Below are positions 1-10,490 of a stretch of DNA of 64,000 bases, piece by piece. Numbering within the stretch: the first letter of the stretch is position 1; the number at the start of each line of letters is the position of its first letter. The stretch is from an uncultured virus (IMG/VR IMGVR_UViG_3300037189_026208) (Duplodnaviria > Heunggongvirae > Uroviricota > Caudoviricetes): positions 1 through 64,000 of the IMG/VR virus record IMGVR_UViG_3300037189_026208; one strand, written 5' to 3'. Under the pieces are notes generated by a model that saw only the letters and a list, made by a program, of their open reading frames with translations, was not told the DNA's origin and did no database searches. Made by a program: the position numbers and the translations under genes.

Positions 1-145
1 CCTTCTTTTTCAGCAACTTTTTCAGCTGTTTTTGCACCTTCTTTTTCAAGAGCTTTTGCTCCTTCTTTTTCAGCAACTTTTTCAGCTTCCTTTTCGGCTG
101 CTTTCTCGGCTTCCTTTTCGGCTGCTTTTTCAGCAGTTTTTCCTT
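1..145. repeat. Degenerate 12-nt coding tandem repeat (AEKA/AEKE/AEKV units)
   Basis: ccttctttttcagcaactttttcagct occurs at 1 and 61; gcttccttttcggctgcttt is repeated at about 84-128. Confidence 0.8.
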
Positions 146-1037
146 TATTCTTAAAATGGTCCCATAGCTCTCCTAAACCACCTAATATACCTGCTCCTGC
201 AAGAGCTGCAGCTGCGTTGTTATTATCTTTTTTATCTTCGGTAGGTTTTTTATTATTATCTGTTTTATTAAACCAATTTTTTAAAAGCTCTAAAATACTA
301 TGCGTGTCTTTTGCTTCTTGATCTTCGTCCTTTTCAAGCTGACTTTCTTTTGAAATAAAAGATGTCTCCCCGGGTTGTAGTGTTGTTGTAGTAGCAGGTG
401 CTCCCGGGGGATTACTATTGGTATCCTTTGGCTGTTGTAGAATTGATGATGCTTTTGGATCAATTACCGTAGCTACTTTAATTGTAAATTCATTTAATCT
501 GTTAATTAACTTATCAATTGATTCTTTAGATGCTTTTTCGAAGCCTACTTCATTTTTACGTTCAACAAAATCTTTAACTTTATTAGTAGCTTTTTCACCA
601 GCTTGTTTACCTAAACCGGTAATCTCTTTTCCAAAATCAATAATAGCATCTACACCGAAATGCTTTGCTAAGTTAAACTTTTCTCCGTCTTCTTTTTTAT
701 CGCCATGCTCTTTCTTATCAGTATCTTCTTTCTTTGCTTTATCTGAAACATCTGATTGTACTGATACAGGTACTGCAGGGGTTGGTGTAACTTCTTTTTT
801 AGTCGGTAAAACTAGTTGTACATTATCTAAACCTGTATTGTCTTTTTTTGCTAAGGAAGGCTGAGATGGAATAGCGTTTCTTTTTAAATCAAAAATCTTT
901 GAGATATTACCTACAAATTGTTCTAACAATCCTTGAGATTTTACAATAGGTTCCTTATAGGTCTCAACAGTAGGAGAACTCTTTAAATCAGGAGAAGACA
1001 GTACATCCTGTACAGGTTTTTCCGGAGTTTCAGCCAT
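1..1037 (-). CDS. Partial (runs off the window edge) low-complexity structural protein, possibly tape-measure or baseplate-hub related
   Basis: Not in the ORF track. Read by hand from ATG at 1037 (MAETPEKPVQD...), open to position 1, ending in AEKA/AEKE repeats. TAAATA lies 6 nt upstream; baseplate-gene context. Confidence 0.6.
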   Translation of the reverse strand, partial: MAETPEKPVQDVLSSPDLKSSPTVETYKEPIVKSQGLLEQFVGNISKIFDLKRNAIPSQPSLAKKDNTGLDNVQLVLPTKKEVTPTPAVPVSVQSDVSDKAKKEDTDKKEHGDKKEDGEKFNLAKHFGVDAIIDFGKEITGLGKQAGEKATNKVKDFVERKNEVGFEKASKESIDKLINRLNEFTIKVATVIDPKASSILQQPKDTNSNPPGAPATTTTLQPGETSFISKESQLEKDEDQEAKDTHSILELLKNWFNKTDNNKKPTEDKKDNNNAAAALAGAGILGGLGELWDHFKNKGKTAEKAAEKEAEKAAEKEAEKVAEKEGAKALEKEGAKTAEKVAEKE

Positions 1038-1056
1038 ATATATTATTTAAACTACA

Positions 1057-1788
1057 TTACGTAGTAAATAACCTTAGGTCATAATCGATTTTACTGTTTT
1101 CGTCTATCGTTAAAAGCTTAGTCTTTATCTGCTTAATGCTATCAATATATGAAATAACTCTATTTAAAATACTTACAGGTAATGTTGAGATTGTAGGTAT
1201 CCAGTTTTCTTTATTATTTTCCTGAGTATATGTATTAGCATCAACAACTATACTATCTATATACTTTGATAACTCAGCAACAAAAATAATATTTAAAATA
1301 CTCTTTAGAGCTTCAACGTCAGTAACTTCTTGATCCAAGGTATTACAGGAATAACTAATATAATTTTCTTCTGTTAAAAGATTCGGTACCTTACAAACTA
1401 CCTTAATACCTCCTTCTTCTATCTCTAAAAGATCTGGATGATTTAGTGCTTTTATTTCATCAATTTTTGAAGATATATCCTTATCGTTATAGGTAGATGA
1501 TATATCATTAATTCTTATTTTTAATGCAATACAAAGTTTGTCTAGTTCTGTTAAGGTATTAACATCAAAATTATCTGTGATTATATTTTTACGTATAGTG
1601 TTTGTTAGTTCTTGCTGAAAACCTAAATCAAAATACGAATTTTTTGCTACGGTATCTACAAAATCACTAAATTGTGCAATAATAAGAGGTTTAAATTTTA
1701 AATTTGACTTAATAGATGGAACATATACCTCATACGCCCTCGAAGCGTTTATTTCATTTAGTGTATCAATTAAATTATTTGTTTCCAT
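1057..1788 (-). CDS. Baseplate hub subunit, T4 gp26-like
   Basis: N-terminal YEVYVPS..LKFKPL pattern typical of the gp26 family; size and tail-gene context. Confidence 0.55.
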   Translation of the reverse strand: METNNLIDTLNEINASRAYEVYVPSIKSNLKFKPLIIAQFSDFVDTVAKNSYFDLGFQQELTNTIRKNIITDNFDVNTLTELDKLCIALKIRINDISSTYNDKDISSKIDEIKALNHPDLLEIEEGGIKVVCKVPNLLTEENYISYSCNTLDQEVTDVEALKSILNIIFVAELSKYIDSIVVDANTYTQENNKENWIPTISTLPVSILNRVISYIDSIKQIKTKLLTIDENSKIDYDLRLFTT

Positions 1789-1799
1789 GTTAATATATA

Positions 1800-2672
1800 T
1801 TATATTGTCGGGAAACTTGCAAATTGTTCGTCTCCGGTATCAGTTTGTTCTTCAGAGGGTGAACTCTCTTTTATACTAGCTTCAAGATTTTTAGCAAAAA
1901 TTTTAAATTCACCTGGTGTACAGTTTTCTAAATACTCTAAAGAAATATTAGCGTATTTTGCTAGATAAAACATATCACTATAAAATACACTTAAATCATC
2001 TCCGAATAGAAGTTGTATTAAAAAATACTGTTCATCTAATTTTATATCGTAAGGTATACAAAACTGCTCAACATTAGTCTTAAAAAAGAAAATATCTTTT
2101 AATATTTTAGCAATTTCTTTTTCGTAATTTCTAATATTTGTTAAAGCAGATGGTGTTAGTATTTTAACAATTTGTAAAATATCATCTGATGTGGTAAACA
2201 CATTATCGTTAATAGTAATTTTTTTAATAAAAAATGTGTAACTAGATGTATCTTCAATTATTTTTTTATAGTTCGGCAAACCAACAGTCAAAGCAATACC
2301 ACCGTCAAAAAATAATGTATCTTTATTTGTTAATAGCTTAGATAAGCTTTCTAATGTATTATATAAATTAACAGACAAGTTTGTTTTTTTATCGCTATCT
2401 TTATTAGACATAATAAGTGGTAGATAACCGCTTACATTGATAGCTCTTATATAGATTAAAAGAATAAAATACTCTACAAAATTTAAGTTATTAACTTCAT
2501 CTAAGGTAAGATTAGTAATCTTACTAATAACGTTATTTAAATTATTTAAAACTTCTAAATCAAATGTATCACTAAGTAATGCTTTAAGAATTACTTTATA
2601 AAGTCTAACAGGTAATTCATAGCAGTATATATCCTTTTCTATAAAAGGAACTTTACTGATATATTTTTCCAT
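1800..2672 (-). CDS. Baseplate hub assembly protein, gp26-like with a C-terminal gp51-like segment
   Basis: Central FVEYFILLIYIRA resembles gp26; C-terminal FYLAKYANISLEYLENCTPGE resembles gp51. Confidence 0.5.
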   Translation of the reverse strand: MEKYISKVPFIEKDIYCYELPVRLYKVILKALLSDTFDLEVLNNLNNVISKITNLTLDEVNNLNFVEYFILLIYIRAINVSGYLPLIMSNKDSDKKTNLSVNLYNTLESLSKLLTNKDTLFFDGGIALTVGLPNYKKIIEDTSSYTFFIKKITINDNVFTTSDDILQIVKILTPSALTNIRNYEKEIAKILKDIFFFKTNVEQFCIPYDIKLDEQYFLIQLLFGDDLSVFYSDMFYLAKYANISLEYLENCTPGEFKIFAKNLEASIKESSPSEEQTDTGDEQFASFPTI

Positions 2673-2688
2673 TTTCTATTTATTAGAA

Positions 2689-4344
2689 CTACTTTGAAGA
2701 TGCTAGAAAAGCGTTCTTACTCGAATCAATTGTGTAGTAATAATATGTAAATGTAGCATTCTTTCTTATAGCTTGAGTATAAGGAGCGTATGTAAACTCG
2801 TGACCATCAACAGAAACAGGACAAGCACCGTAAAATGTTATTGTTTCTAAAATAGTAGGAGGGTTATCTTTTGTTGTGATACCTAATTTATAAAGAACCA
2901 TATTTGTTCTATACGTCTGTTCAGGTGGACGAGCAATTAACCCTAAATGGCTTGTCATTATTACCCAAGGTCTAATAACATTATCAACGAAATCGACATT
3001 TGTCTCAAGAAATGATACTGTTACTTGTTGAGGGTCATTTCTACCTAAACCAATGTAGCTACGTATTAAACCGTTTCTCTGTACACCTTCACCTTGAAGT
3101 GTCATACTTTCGTTAGGTAATAGTATACTCTGGGCAAACATACAACAAACTTTATTATAGTTATCACTAGCAACTGTATCAAATGCTTTATCTATCTGCC
3201 AGTTATTGCTATTGGGTTCGTATTTATTAACCTGTTTAATAACCGACGGAATACCGTTTATATAATATGAATTGGATTTACCGCTTGTATCGTCACTATT
3301 ACCACTCCACACAAGTACCCATTGAGCTCCCTTAGGCAACGTACCTGCTGGAGAAGTTAATACATTTTGAAAAAACGTTGGTACTAAACCTTTATATGCT
3401 TCACTTGTATTACTCGTGTTAATTTTTTTATCACTAACTTGAGGTGTGTTGTTATCGGTTAGTTGTAATTGGTTATTGGGTTTGGCTGAAGACGTCTTTT
3501 TTTCAGTAAAACTAATATCTTTATTTTGAGTAGCGTCTGTAGGTGGTACATTAGTACCAGTTAAAGATATTTGTGAAGTAGGTATACTTGCAGTTGGTAT
3601 TTCACCGTTAGTTACCGGTGTAATATCATTTAATTTATTAGGCGGTATACTTGCAGATGTAATACCAGGTGGTACCGTTTCGGTGGCCGAGGCTGTAGAG
3701 GGTACAACGTTACCATGTAAAGGTGTACTATTATTAACAGGTCGTTTAGCCTCTAAATAGGTACTGGACTGAAAGGATGTTGTTGAGGTTGTAGCTGGAG
3801 CTAATTGTAAAGACTTTGTTACAAAAGAATCAGGAGTAACAGCACTTCCTCCAATTACAGGTGGTTTAGTGTCTATTAATGTCTGCTGTGCATTTTGAAT
3901 AACTACCGGCGGAACAGGGGTAGTGGGTATATTACTTGTAAATAATATATCGTTAGGGGTTACCGGTATTAAATTTAACGCAATATTGTTTCTTGCGATT
4001 TCGTACGAATTAGGTAGCGGTAGGTTGGTAGTTTCTATTTTATCAGATAAATTACCTACCGGTGGTGTACCTACATACTGTAATGGTGTTTTTGAGTGCT
4101 GTACCCCTATTTCGTTAATAGCGGGGTTTAATATACTCGGCGGAGTAGACGTATAATACGCTGAAGATGTTCCCTGAATGTCAGGAGGGGTAACTTTCTG
4201 AACAGGTAGCGGTATACCGGTAATTAAAAGGTCTGGTACCACAACAGGTGGTACGTTAAACTCGTCTGTTACCGGTACGTCTTTCTTAGTCTGAGTACTA
4301 AGAAAGTTAGGATCAATAATATTGATTGACGGATCTACTGACAT
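2689..4344 (-). CDS. Tail-tube-like (gp54/gp19-fold) protein with a long Pro/Thr-rich N-terminal extension
   Basis: C-terminal ~210 aa has tube-family patterns (AQSILLP, VTVSFLET, FYGACPVSV, TFTY); N-terminal ~320 aa is low complexity. Confidence 0.6.
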   Translation of the reverse strand: MSVDPSINIIDPNFLSTQTKKDVPVTDEFNVPPVVVPDLLITGIPLPVQKVTPPDIQGTSSAYYTSTPPSILNPAINEIGVQHSKTPLQYVGTPPVGNLSDKIETTNLPLPNSYEIARNNIALNLIPVTPNDILFTSNIPTTPVPPVVIQNAQQTLIDTKPPVIGGSAVTPDSFVTKSLQLAPATTSTTSFQSSTYLEAKRPVNNSTPLHGNVVPSTASATETVPPGITSASIPPNKLNDITPVTNGEIPTASIPTSQISLTGTNVPPTDATQNKDISFTEKKTSSAKPNNQLQLTDNNTPQVSDKKINTSNTSEAYKGLVPTFFQNVLTSPAGTLPKGAQWVLVWSGNSDDTSGKSNSYYINGIPSVIKQVNKYEPNSNNWQIDKAFDTVASDNYNKVCCMFAQSILLPNESMTLQGEGVQRNGLIRSYIGLGRNDPQQVTVSFLETNVDFVDNVIRPWVIMTSHLGLIARPPEQTYRTNMVLYKLGITTKDNPPTILETITFYGACPVSVDGHEFTYAPYTQAIRKNATFTYYYYTIDSSKNAFLASSK

Positions 4345-4391
4345 GATATGTAATAATATTTATATTACATATCCTATGTAATACCTATCAA

Positions 4392-4964
4392 TTAAACTAC
4401 TACACCACCGGGAAGACCGGGTGTTGTATTACCTGCAAGGGAAACAGGGCGTAGCTGCCAATACTGATATGCAAGGGTAGCTGTTACTGTTTGAATTGTA
4501 CCTGTGTCACCGATGTTGTAAGCCATTTCACCGATATTCTGTACATATGCACCTACAAGGTTGTAAACACGGATACCGTTATTTTGCTTATCAAGTAGCT
4601 CTAATGTAATGACGGAATCAGGTCCAGGGGTATTGTAGTTACCTGTGCTTGTACTTTCGTCAAACGTATTTAGAGTTACCTGCTCAAGTACACCACGAAT
4701 ATCGTAGTTAGCATCACTTCGGAATGTAACATTCCAAGCAGCAGAATTAGGGTATGAAGCAGTACCGGGTACGTTAAACTGAAGTCCCATGAAAGGAACC
4801 TGTACGTTGTTAATTGTACGGCCTGGTAGAGCAGCTGACTCAACATAAACGAGAGCGTTTTCGTTGAATTGTGTGTTAGCTAAGGTATGTACACGAAATT
4901 GGAATTTACGTGCAAAGTCTTTAGCTGTTGCTACTCTATAGAAATCGGAGATGTTTTGGCTCAT
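4392..4964 (-). CDS. gp19: Tail tube protein
   Basis: FARKFQFRV, SAALPG, VPFMG, WNVTF, TLAYQYW; directly downstream of the sheath gene. Confidence 0.9.
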   Translation of the reverse strand: MSQNISDFYRVATAKDFARKFQFRVHTLANTQFNENALVYVESAALPGRTINNVQVPFMGLQFNVPGTASYPNSAAWNVTFRSDANYDIRGVLEQVTLNTFDESTSTGNYNTPGPDSVITLELLDKQNNGIRVYNLVGAYVQNIGEMAYNIGDTGTIQTVTATLAYQYWQLRPVSLAGNTTPGLPGGVVV

Positions 4965-4982
4965 ATGTTTAAATTATTTATA

Positions 4983-7370
4983 TTAGATTAACTCAGAGAA
5001 GTTTTGACCTGTTCTAGTTGCGATAAAGTTAACTAAGATAAATTCTGCAGCCTTGACGGGCTTGAGGTAAATATCTACTGCTAACTCGTTACGATCGATA
5101 ACGTCAGGTGTATTGTTTCTGGTATCGCAAACAATTAGGTAATCATAAAGACCCTGTGTGTTCTTTGCTAAGTTAAAGATTGGCGAGATTGTATTTATAA
5201 CACGTGTACGTGTGTAATCTGTATTAGGTTCAAATACGAAGTACTTGATTGTATTTTGTACAGCACGTTCAAGTGTTAAGAATAGACGTCTTACGTTTAC
5301 ACGGTCAAACGCTGAGGGCTTAGCCTGCTGTGTCTTCTGACCGTATACAACATAACCTCCACTACTAAAGTAAGCGATTGGGTTAACAGAGATTAGATAG
5401 AGGTAATCTCTTTGCTTCTGGTTCGGATTAACAGCAATGTCTGTTACCCCTGTAAGTATACCGCGATTTAGACCAGCTGGCGCAAACCAAGGCTGTGTCG
5501 CAGCGTCACTTCTGGAGTAGATTGCACTTACGAACCCAGATGCTGGTAACCATGCGAAGGTATCAGAATAGGAATCGTAAGATTTTAACCAGTTACCGTA
5601 AACGGCGGAGTAATTACTATCAGCTCTGCTAATTGCAGCTTGTAGAGGGGTATATACATTCTGTGTAAATGTATTACCTTTGATAGATAATACCTTAGTG
5701 TCCTTACCTGTTACGAAGATCTGACGTAGAGGATCAGCAATAAACATACAATCCTTACGAGTCTGTTCACAGAAGTCGTTAAACAGTCCCCAGAGAGCTA
5801 ACCATCTTTGTGTATATTGATCCTCACCTGTGTACCCGAAGTCTGAAATGTACTTAGTGTCATCAAAGTCTTGTGCAGTATCAAATGTTGTAGTATGTTG
5901 ACCTGTTGCTGTATTAGCAAAAATGGTACTAAGACCAGCATCAGCAATAAGATCTACTTTAATATCTTCTGGTGAGTTAATTAAACGTAATGCGTTGTTT
6001 ACCTTAGTATAAACATTACCAATGTGCTTATTATCTTGATTTAGATAACTAGGTAGATACACACCAACAGGGTATACAGCGTTCGTATTTGCTTGTAATT
6101 GAACATTACCTTTTGTAATATCAGTTTGTGTACCCCATAGATTTGTACGTGCAAATGCTGGATTTACATGTAATGTGATATTTGCAGAGCTACCATCGAT
6201 AATATCTTGTAGATAGAAGGATCTTAGGTTACCGCCCTTGGAATCAGCTATCTTACGGTTTTGGTTGAAAGACCCTACATAGGTTTCAACAGGGGAGATA
6301 ACTAGCTGAGAAGGATCGTAGATAGAGCTACGTACCTTGAAAAGATTAATAGTTACGCAATCGTTGTAACCTGCTTGACTAAAGTCAAAGCTAAAAGCAC
6401 GCTCAATTTGCTGTGATACACTCTGCGAGCCAGGTGAAAGTTGACCTGCAGATAACTCAAAACCTAAAGAACCACCTTGACTCTTTGGTAATACAGGAGC
6501 AAAAGCATCTGCACCTGTTAGTGTATTAAAAGATGTAACAGCAACGAAATCGCTATTAGGACCAAACTGAGTATTATCTGTTACAGTTAGATAATAACCT
6601 TGGAACTGTTCGTCAATTGTAGTCTGGCTATTATTGAGAACGATGAACCCTGCATTAGCTACATTTGTTGTAGATGACCAACTTGCTGTTGCTGGAGCAA
6701 ATGTCTGAGTTGTTGATAAAGTTGTTGAAGTAACAGATTTATTGAATGTAAAGGTATATGTACCGCTTAATGCGCCTACGTTGAACACTTCTGTGAATGA
6801 TTCAGGAACAATATTTGCAGCTAATTGAACAGCAGTTATTGCTCCGATTGTGGACATCGCAGCTGATGTTGGAACTGTTACTGATGAAACAGAATAACCT
6901 GTTGTTGTAGTTACTGTTGTAACAGGTGCTTGACCGTTGTTAAATCCGCTCCAATTAACATTACCGTTAAGAATATCAGTATGTTCTTTTTCAGTTAATG
7001 TAACGTGTGTAGGTGTACCAATTGTAAAGGAACCGTTGGCAGAAGCTACAGGGAAGAATAAAGCACTATATGTTGAAGCAGCAAAACCGTAACCGCTACC
7101 AGAACCATAAGGAAGACGGGTTGTTAATAGGTTACCTGGTGAATTTAAAACTTGCTTACAGGAATAATAGAAATAACGCTCAGCAGGTGTAGTTGGGGTA
7201 CCGAAAATAGTATCTAAATCGGCAGCTGTTGTAACCTGAATGACTTCGTCAGTAGGTCCTTGAGGAGCAAAACCGGCTATAAATGTAGTTGTACCGTTTA
7301 CAATGTTTTGATAATTAGATAAATCTGTTTCAATTATCTGTACACCAGGTGAGTTAATAGTTAGTGCCAT
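4983..7370 (-). CDS. gp18: Contractile tail sheath protein
   Basis: SPGVQIIETDLS start; PWFAPAGLNRG, GQKT, SAFDRVNVRRLF, FEPN, IYLKPVKAAEFI. Confidence 0.97.
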   Translation of the reverse strand: MALTINSPGVQIIETDLSNYQNIVNGTTTFIAGFAPQGPTDEVIQVTTAADLDTIFGTPTTPAERYFYYSCKQVLNSPGNLLTTRLPYGSGSGYGFAASTYSALFFPVASANGSFTIGTPTHVTLTEKEHTDILNGNVNWSGFNNGQAPVTTVTTTTGYSVSSVTVPTSAAMSTIGAITAVQLAANIVPESFTEVFNVGALSGTYTFTFNKSVTSTTLSTTQTFAPATASWSSTTNVANAGFIVLNNSQTTIDEQFQGYYLTVTDNTQFGPNSDFVAVTSFNTLTGADAFAPVLPKSQGGSLGFELSAGQLSPGSQSVSQQIERAFSFDFSQAGYNDCVTINLFKVRSSIYDPSQLVISPVETYVGSFNQNRKIADSKGGNLRSFYLQDIIDGSSANITLHVNPAFARTNLWGTQTDITKGNVQLQANTNAVYPVGVYLPSYLNQDNKHIGNVYTKVNNALRLINSPEDIKVDLIADAGLSTIFANTATGQHTTTFDTAQDFDDTKYISDFGYTGEDQYTQRWLALWGLFNDFCEQTRKDCMFIADPLRQIFVTGKDTKVLSIKGNTFTQNVYTPLQAAISRADSNYSAVYGNWLKSYDSYSDTFAWLPASGFVSAIYSRSDAATQPWFAPAGLNRGILTGVTDIAVNPNQKQRDYLYLISVNPIAYFSSGGYVVYGQKTQQAKPSAFDRVNVRRLFLTLERAVQNTIKYFVFEPNTDYTRTRVINTISPIFNLAKNTQGLYDYLIVCDTRNNTPDVIDRNELAVDIYLKPVKAAEFILVNFIATRTGQNFSELI

Positions 7371-7416
7371 AAAATTATATTGTTGTAATAATATTTATGC
7401 TAGACCTGGATATTTT

Positions 7417-8031
7417 TTACGGTTGGGCTATCTCAGGATTTAAAATATTTATTTCAAATTCACTGTATTGAAACGAAACAGATGAATTTAATAAGGTAGC
7501 GTCTTGATAACTATAGTTTATACTACCTAAAGTTGTAATAAAAGCATTGTGGTATATAAATTGTATCGCTTTTTGGTTGTATTCGTTTAAGCCGTAGATA
7601 GTTAGATTAGTCTGGTACTCAGTTAACGTACCGTTTTTAAGCGCATTAGCATTAATATTCGGCGGAATATCAAATAAATTACCTCCATAGATACTTTCAT
7701 CGAAAGTATTTAAAACATTTAACCATAACCACATTGTGTAATAGTTTGCGTATGCGTTATCTACAATAAAATTAACTGCGAGAGGTGCATATTGTGGTCG
7801 AGCATGACTCGAAACATTATAATTTTGGCCTGAGTATGGTATTGTTACAGCAGGTACATTAATATCCGGTACAACAGCTCCGAATACACTAATCTCCAGA
7901 GGTTCGATAGATAGATTTTTTGCTTTAAACTGTTTTTTTAAAATACTGGGTAGATCTAGTACTAGTAAAAATTTATCTTTACTAGATCTATTTAAAACAG
8001 ATTGCTGTGTTGGATTTGATGTATATTGCAT
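7417..8031 (-). CDS. Tail completion / tube terminator protein, gp3-like
   Basis: Tube-fold patterns (VPDINVP, LAVNFIVD..YANYYTMWLW, AFITTLGSINY, SFQYSEF). Confidence 0.65.
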   Translation of the reverse strand: MQYTSNPTQQSVLNRSSKDKFLLVLDLPSILKKQFKAKNLSIEPLEISVFGAVVPDINVPAVTIPYSGQNYNVSSHARPQYAPLAVNFIVDNAYANYYTMWLWLNVLNTFDESIYGGNLFDIPPNINANALKNGTLTEYQTNLTIYGLNEYNQKAIQFIYHNAFITTLGSINYSYQDATLLNSSVSFQYSEFEINILNPEIAQP

Positions 8032-8034
8032 TTA

Positions 8035-9768
8035 CTAAAAAGGCTTCCAACCATCTGCTAATAATGACTCAAAACTATGATCATCTAAATAGTATGAATC
8101 ATCATCAGAAATTAACGGTTTGTAGCCATTAGTATTTATATCAGATAATGATGCACTTAACCTTGATGTTATATCTCTTAAAATATAGAGATCAGGATCG
8201 GGATCATAGTATTGCCCGTAGCTTAATTCAGATGGTTTATTTTGTTCATCAAAATTATTAACTGTAAAATACTGCTGACAGATATCTGGTTCTAGAATAA
8301 AAAGAGCCCAAACAAGAGACATTACACGGTCATCAAAAAATTTATCACTTTGTTTTCTATACGTTCCGTTTGGATATCTAATAAACGTTTCTAGTTCTTT
8401 AATTGTATCGACATCGTTTATCTTTACAACCTGTAGAAAGTTTAACCAGTATCTCATATTTGATACTGCTGCAAATCTTAGATTATTATGACTTAGTACA
8501 CCGAGATGCCTAGTTGTACCAGCTGAGCCTGTATTTGAAAGCTTAGAGTAACTTACGATTTTTTCATATTGTAAGTTATTGTATAGTGCATCTATTACCT
8601 GAGCACCACAGTTATTACGTTCAATAAGGAGCGGTGGTCTTCCCCAAGAATCTGATAAGTTAAAAAGCTTATTAGCAAAATGATACGGCTCAACAATATT
8701 TGTACTGTAAACCGCAACCTGTTTTATGTTTGTAAGATCAGTAACATCCAGTATTTGTGCAACGGAAGCAGCACGACCTATACCCTCACCTACGTCAACA
8801 CCTACAACGTATAGCTTTGTTGGATCTGGTAGCTCAAATACTTTATACGCACCTGACTCGCAATCCCATATTACAGGTTTTTTTGTTTCTTTGTATTGTT
8901 CAATTACTGAAGCACCTACTGCAGAGTTTGCAGCGTCTAAGAATGTATTACCAAACTCTTGTTGAAAAGCTTCTTCAGAACCTAAAGCAGAAATCATCTG
9001 CTTCTTCCATTTCTCACCTCGACCTGGTACATCCCACCAGTCAATTCTTTCAGCATGCCAACCGTTTGTGCCTTTTTCAGCTTCAGAATAAATTTCATAA
9101 AACTTATTACCTGTACCGTTAGGGGTACTAACCATAAAGATCTTAGTTGTTTTACCTGATGAAATAATAGGTATAACAGACTTCCAAAACTCTTCCATGA
9201 AGTTTTGATCAATAAATGCAGCTTCGTCAATACAGAGAATGTTAGCAGTATCACCTCTTGCTGCTGTAGATGTTGTAGTACTGATACCGATACTCGAACC
9301 ATTATCAAATGTTACACCTGTCTTACCGTACTCTTTAACACCGGGTTTAAGATAGTTTGGTAATAACTCGTAAGCGAGACGTATTTTTTTAAAAATATTA
9401 ATTGCTGTTGACTCTTTGTTAGCAACAATCATTACTCTTTTATCAGGCTGAAAGCAAGTATTCCACAACGCGTAAATAGTAGTAATAGTTGTTTTACCAA
9501 CCTGTCTGGAAGCTAGTACACAAACAAAACGATTATCTGCGAGACTCTTAAGAGCTTTTTTCTGTGCTTTGTAAAGCTCAATTTTTTGTTTACCACGATC
9601 AGCTTCTACTATATAGAAATGATTTTCAGCAAAATGAATTATGTTTTCAGAGCACTTCTTAATCTCTCTGATCATTGTCGGTGTAAATTCAAACACCGCA
9701 TTTTCTTTTGGTATGTTTTTATCTCCGCGATAAAATTGACTTTCGTCTATTGGATCTCCTTCTGTCAT
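8035..9768 (-). CDS. gp17: Terminase large subunit
   Basis: SRQVGKTT Walker A, CIDEAAF Walker B, VSTPNG motif III, VGVDVGEG nuclease motif, DDRVMSL. Confidence 0.97.
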   Translation of the reverse strand: MTEGDPIDESQFYRGDKNIPKENAVFEFTPTMIREIKKCSENIIHFAENHFYIVEADRGKQKIELYKAQKKALKSLADNRFVCVLASRQVGKTTITTIYALWNTCFQPDKRVMIVANKESTAINIFKKIRLAYELLPNYLKPGVKEYGKTGVTFDNGSSIGISTTTSTAARGDTANILCIDEAAFIDQNFMEEFWKSVIPIISSGKTTKIFMVSTPNGTGNKFYEIYSEAEKGTNGWHAERIDWWDVPGRGEKWKKQMISALGSEEAFQQEFGNTFLDAANSAVGASVIEQYKETKKPVIWDCESGAYKVFELPDPTKLYVVGVDVGEGIGRAASVAQILDVTDLTNIKQVAVYSTNIVEPYHFANKLFNLSDSWGRPPLLIERNNCGAQVIDALYNNLQYEKIVSYSKLSNTGSAGTTRHLGVLSHNNLRFAAVSNMRYWLNFLQVVKINDVDTIKELETFIRYPNGTYRKQSDKFFDDRVMSLVWALFILEPDICQQYFTVNNFDEQNKPSELSYGQYYDPDPDLYILRDITSRLSASLSDINTNGYKPLISDDDSYYLDDHSFESLLADGWKPF

Positions 9769-9777
9769 AACCTTTAA

Positions 9778-10113
9778 TTAATCGTTGTTATTACTAACAA
9801 TATTAATTAAGGTAGTTCTTAAATGCTCAACTAATGCATCTCTATCATGCGGATTATTTGCATGAAATATATGAACTTTTTCACCGTTAAAATCATAACC
9901 TAAAATAATAAATGCTTTTAGATACTCAGTAGCAATATTATCTAAGTGCTCAAGATCTTGAAGCTTGTAAAGTTTGGACGATTCTGTTTCTCCAAACCTC
10001 GCGAAGGCTTCCTTTATAACATCTTGTATATTTACACCGCTAAGATTAGGTAGAGTAATCTCTTTTTTCTTAGCAGAAGATTTTCTTTTCTTGGGTTGAT
10101 CTTCTGCAGGCAT
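9778..10113 (-). CDS. Hypothetical protein
   Basis: ORF tightly packed in the operon; TAAATA upstream. Confidence 0.7.
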   Translation of the reverse strand: MPAEDQPKKRKSSAKKKEITLPNLSGVNIQDVIKEAFARFGETESSKLYKLQDLEHLDNIATEYLKAFIILGYDFNGEKVHIFHANNPHDRDALVEHLRTTLINIVSNNND

Positions 10114-10122
10114 TTTAAATAT

Positions 10123-10467
10123 TTAACTAACCTTTTCTATTTTACCAACTCTATCATGGTAGCCTGCAGCCTTGTTGTTAATGTTATACTTAACAAGTTG
10201 TTCAATTAGGATCTCGAAAGAGCTAGTCTTAATCTTAAGACGTCCAGGTATAAACTGACCTCCATCATACAGCTCAAAGTATGACTCACCAATAAAAGGA
10301 TCATTAATGTAGCAAGTACAAAATATAGATGCAACACCTGGGTCAATGACTATTGTCCAAGCACGAGGATCAGTATCTGCATAATCATTAAAAAGTTTAT
10401 GAGCATAATATCCGTTGTCACGAAATCTCTTTAATGTGTAACCTAGTGTGGTGAGTTTGTTTGACAT
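10123..10467 (-). CDS. Hypothetical protein
   Basis: ORF tightly packed in the operon. Confidence 0.7.
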   Translation of the reverse strand: MSNKLTTLGYTLKRFRDNGYYAHKLFNDYADTDPRAWTIVIDPGVASIFCTCYINDPFIGESYFELYDGGQFIPGRLKIKTSSFEILIEQLVKYNINNKAAGYHDRVGKIEKVS

Positions 10468-10490
10468 ATTGTAATTTATGGTATTGTTTA

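Noticed and set aside
418..864. Plus-strand 148-aa ORF
   Set aside because: It is the antisense shadow of the open minus-strand gene starting at 1037, which has a late promoter and fits the operon direction.
8726..9777. Short alternative-frame and antisense ORFs inside the terminase gene (likewise those inside gp32, uvsX, gp46, uvsW, primase and others)
   Set aside because: They lie within well-supported genes and have no motifs or expression signals.
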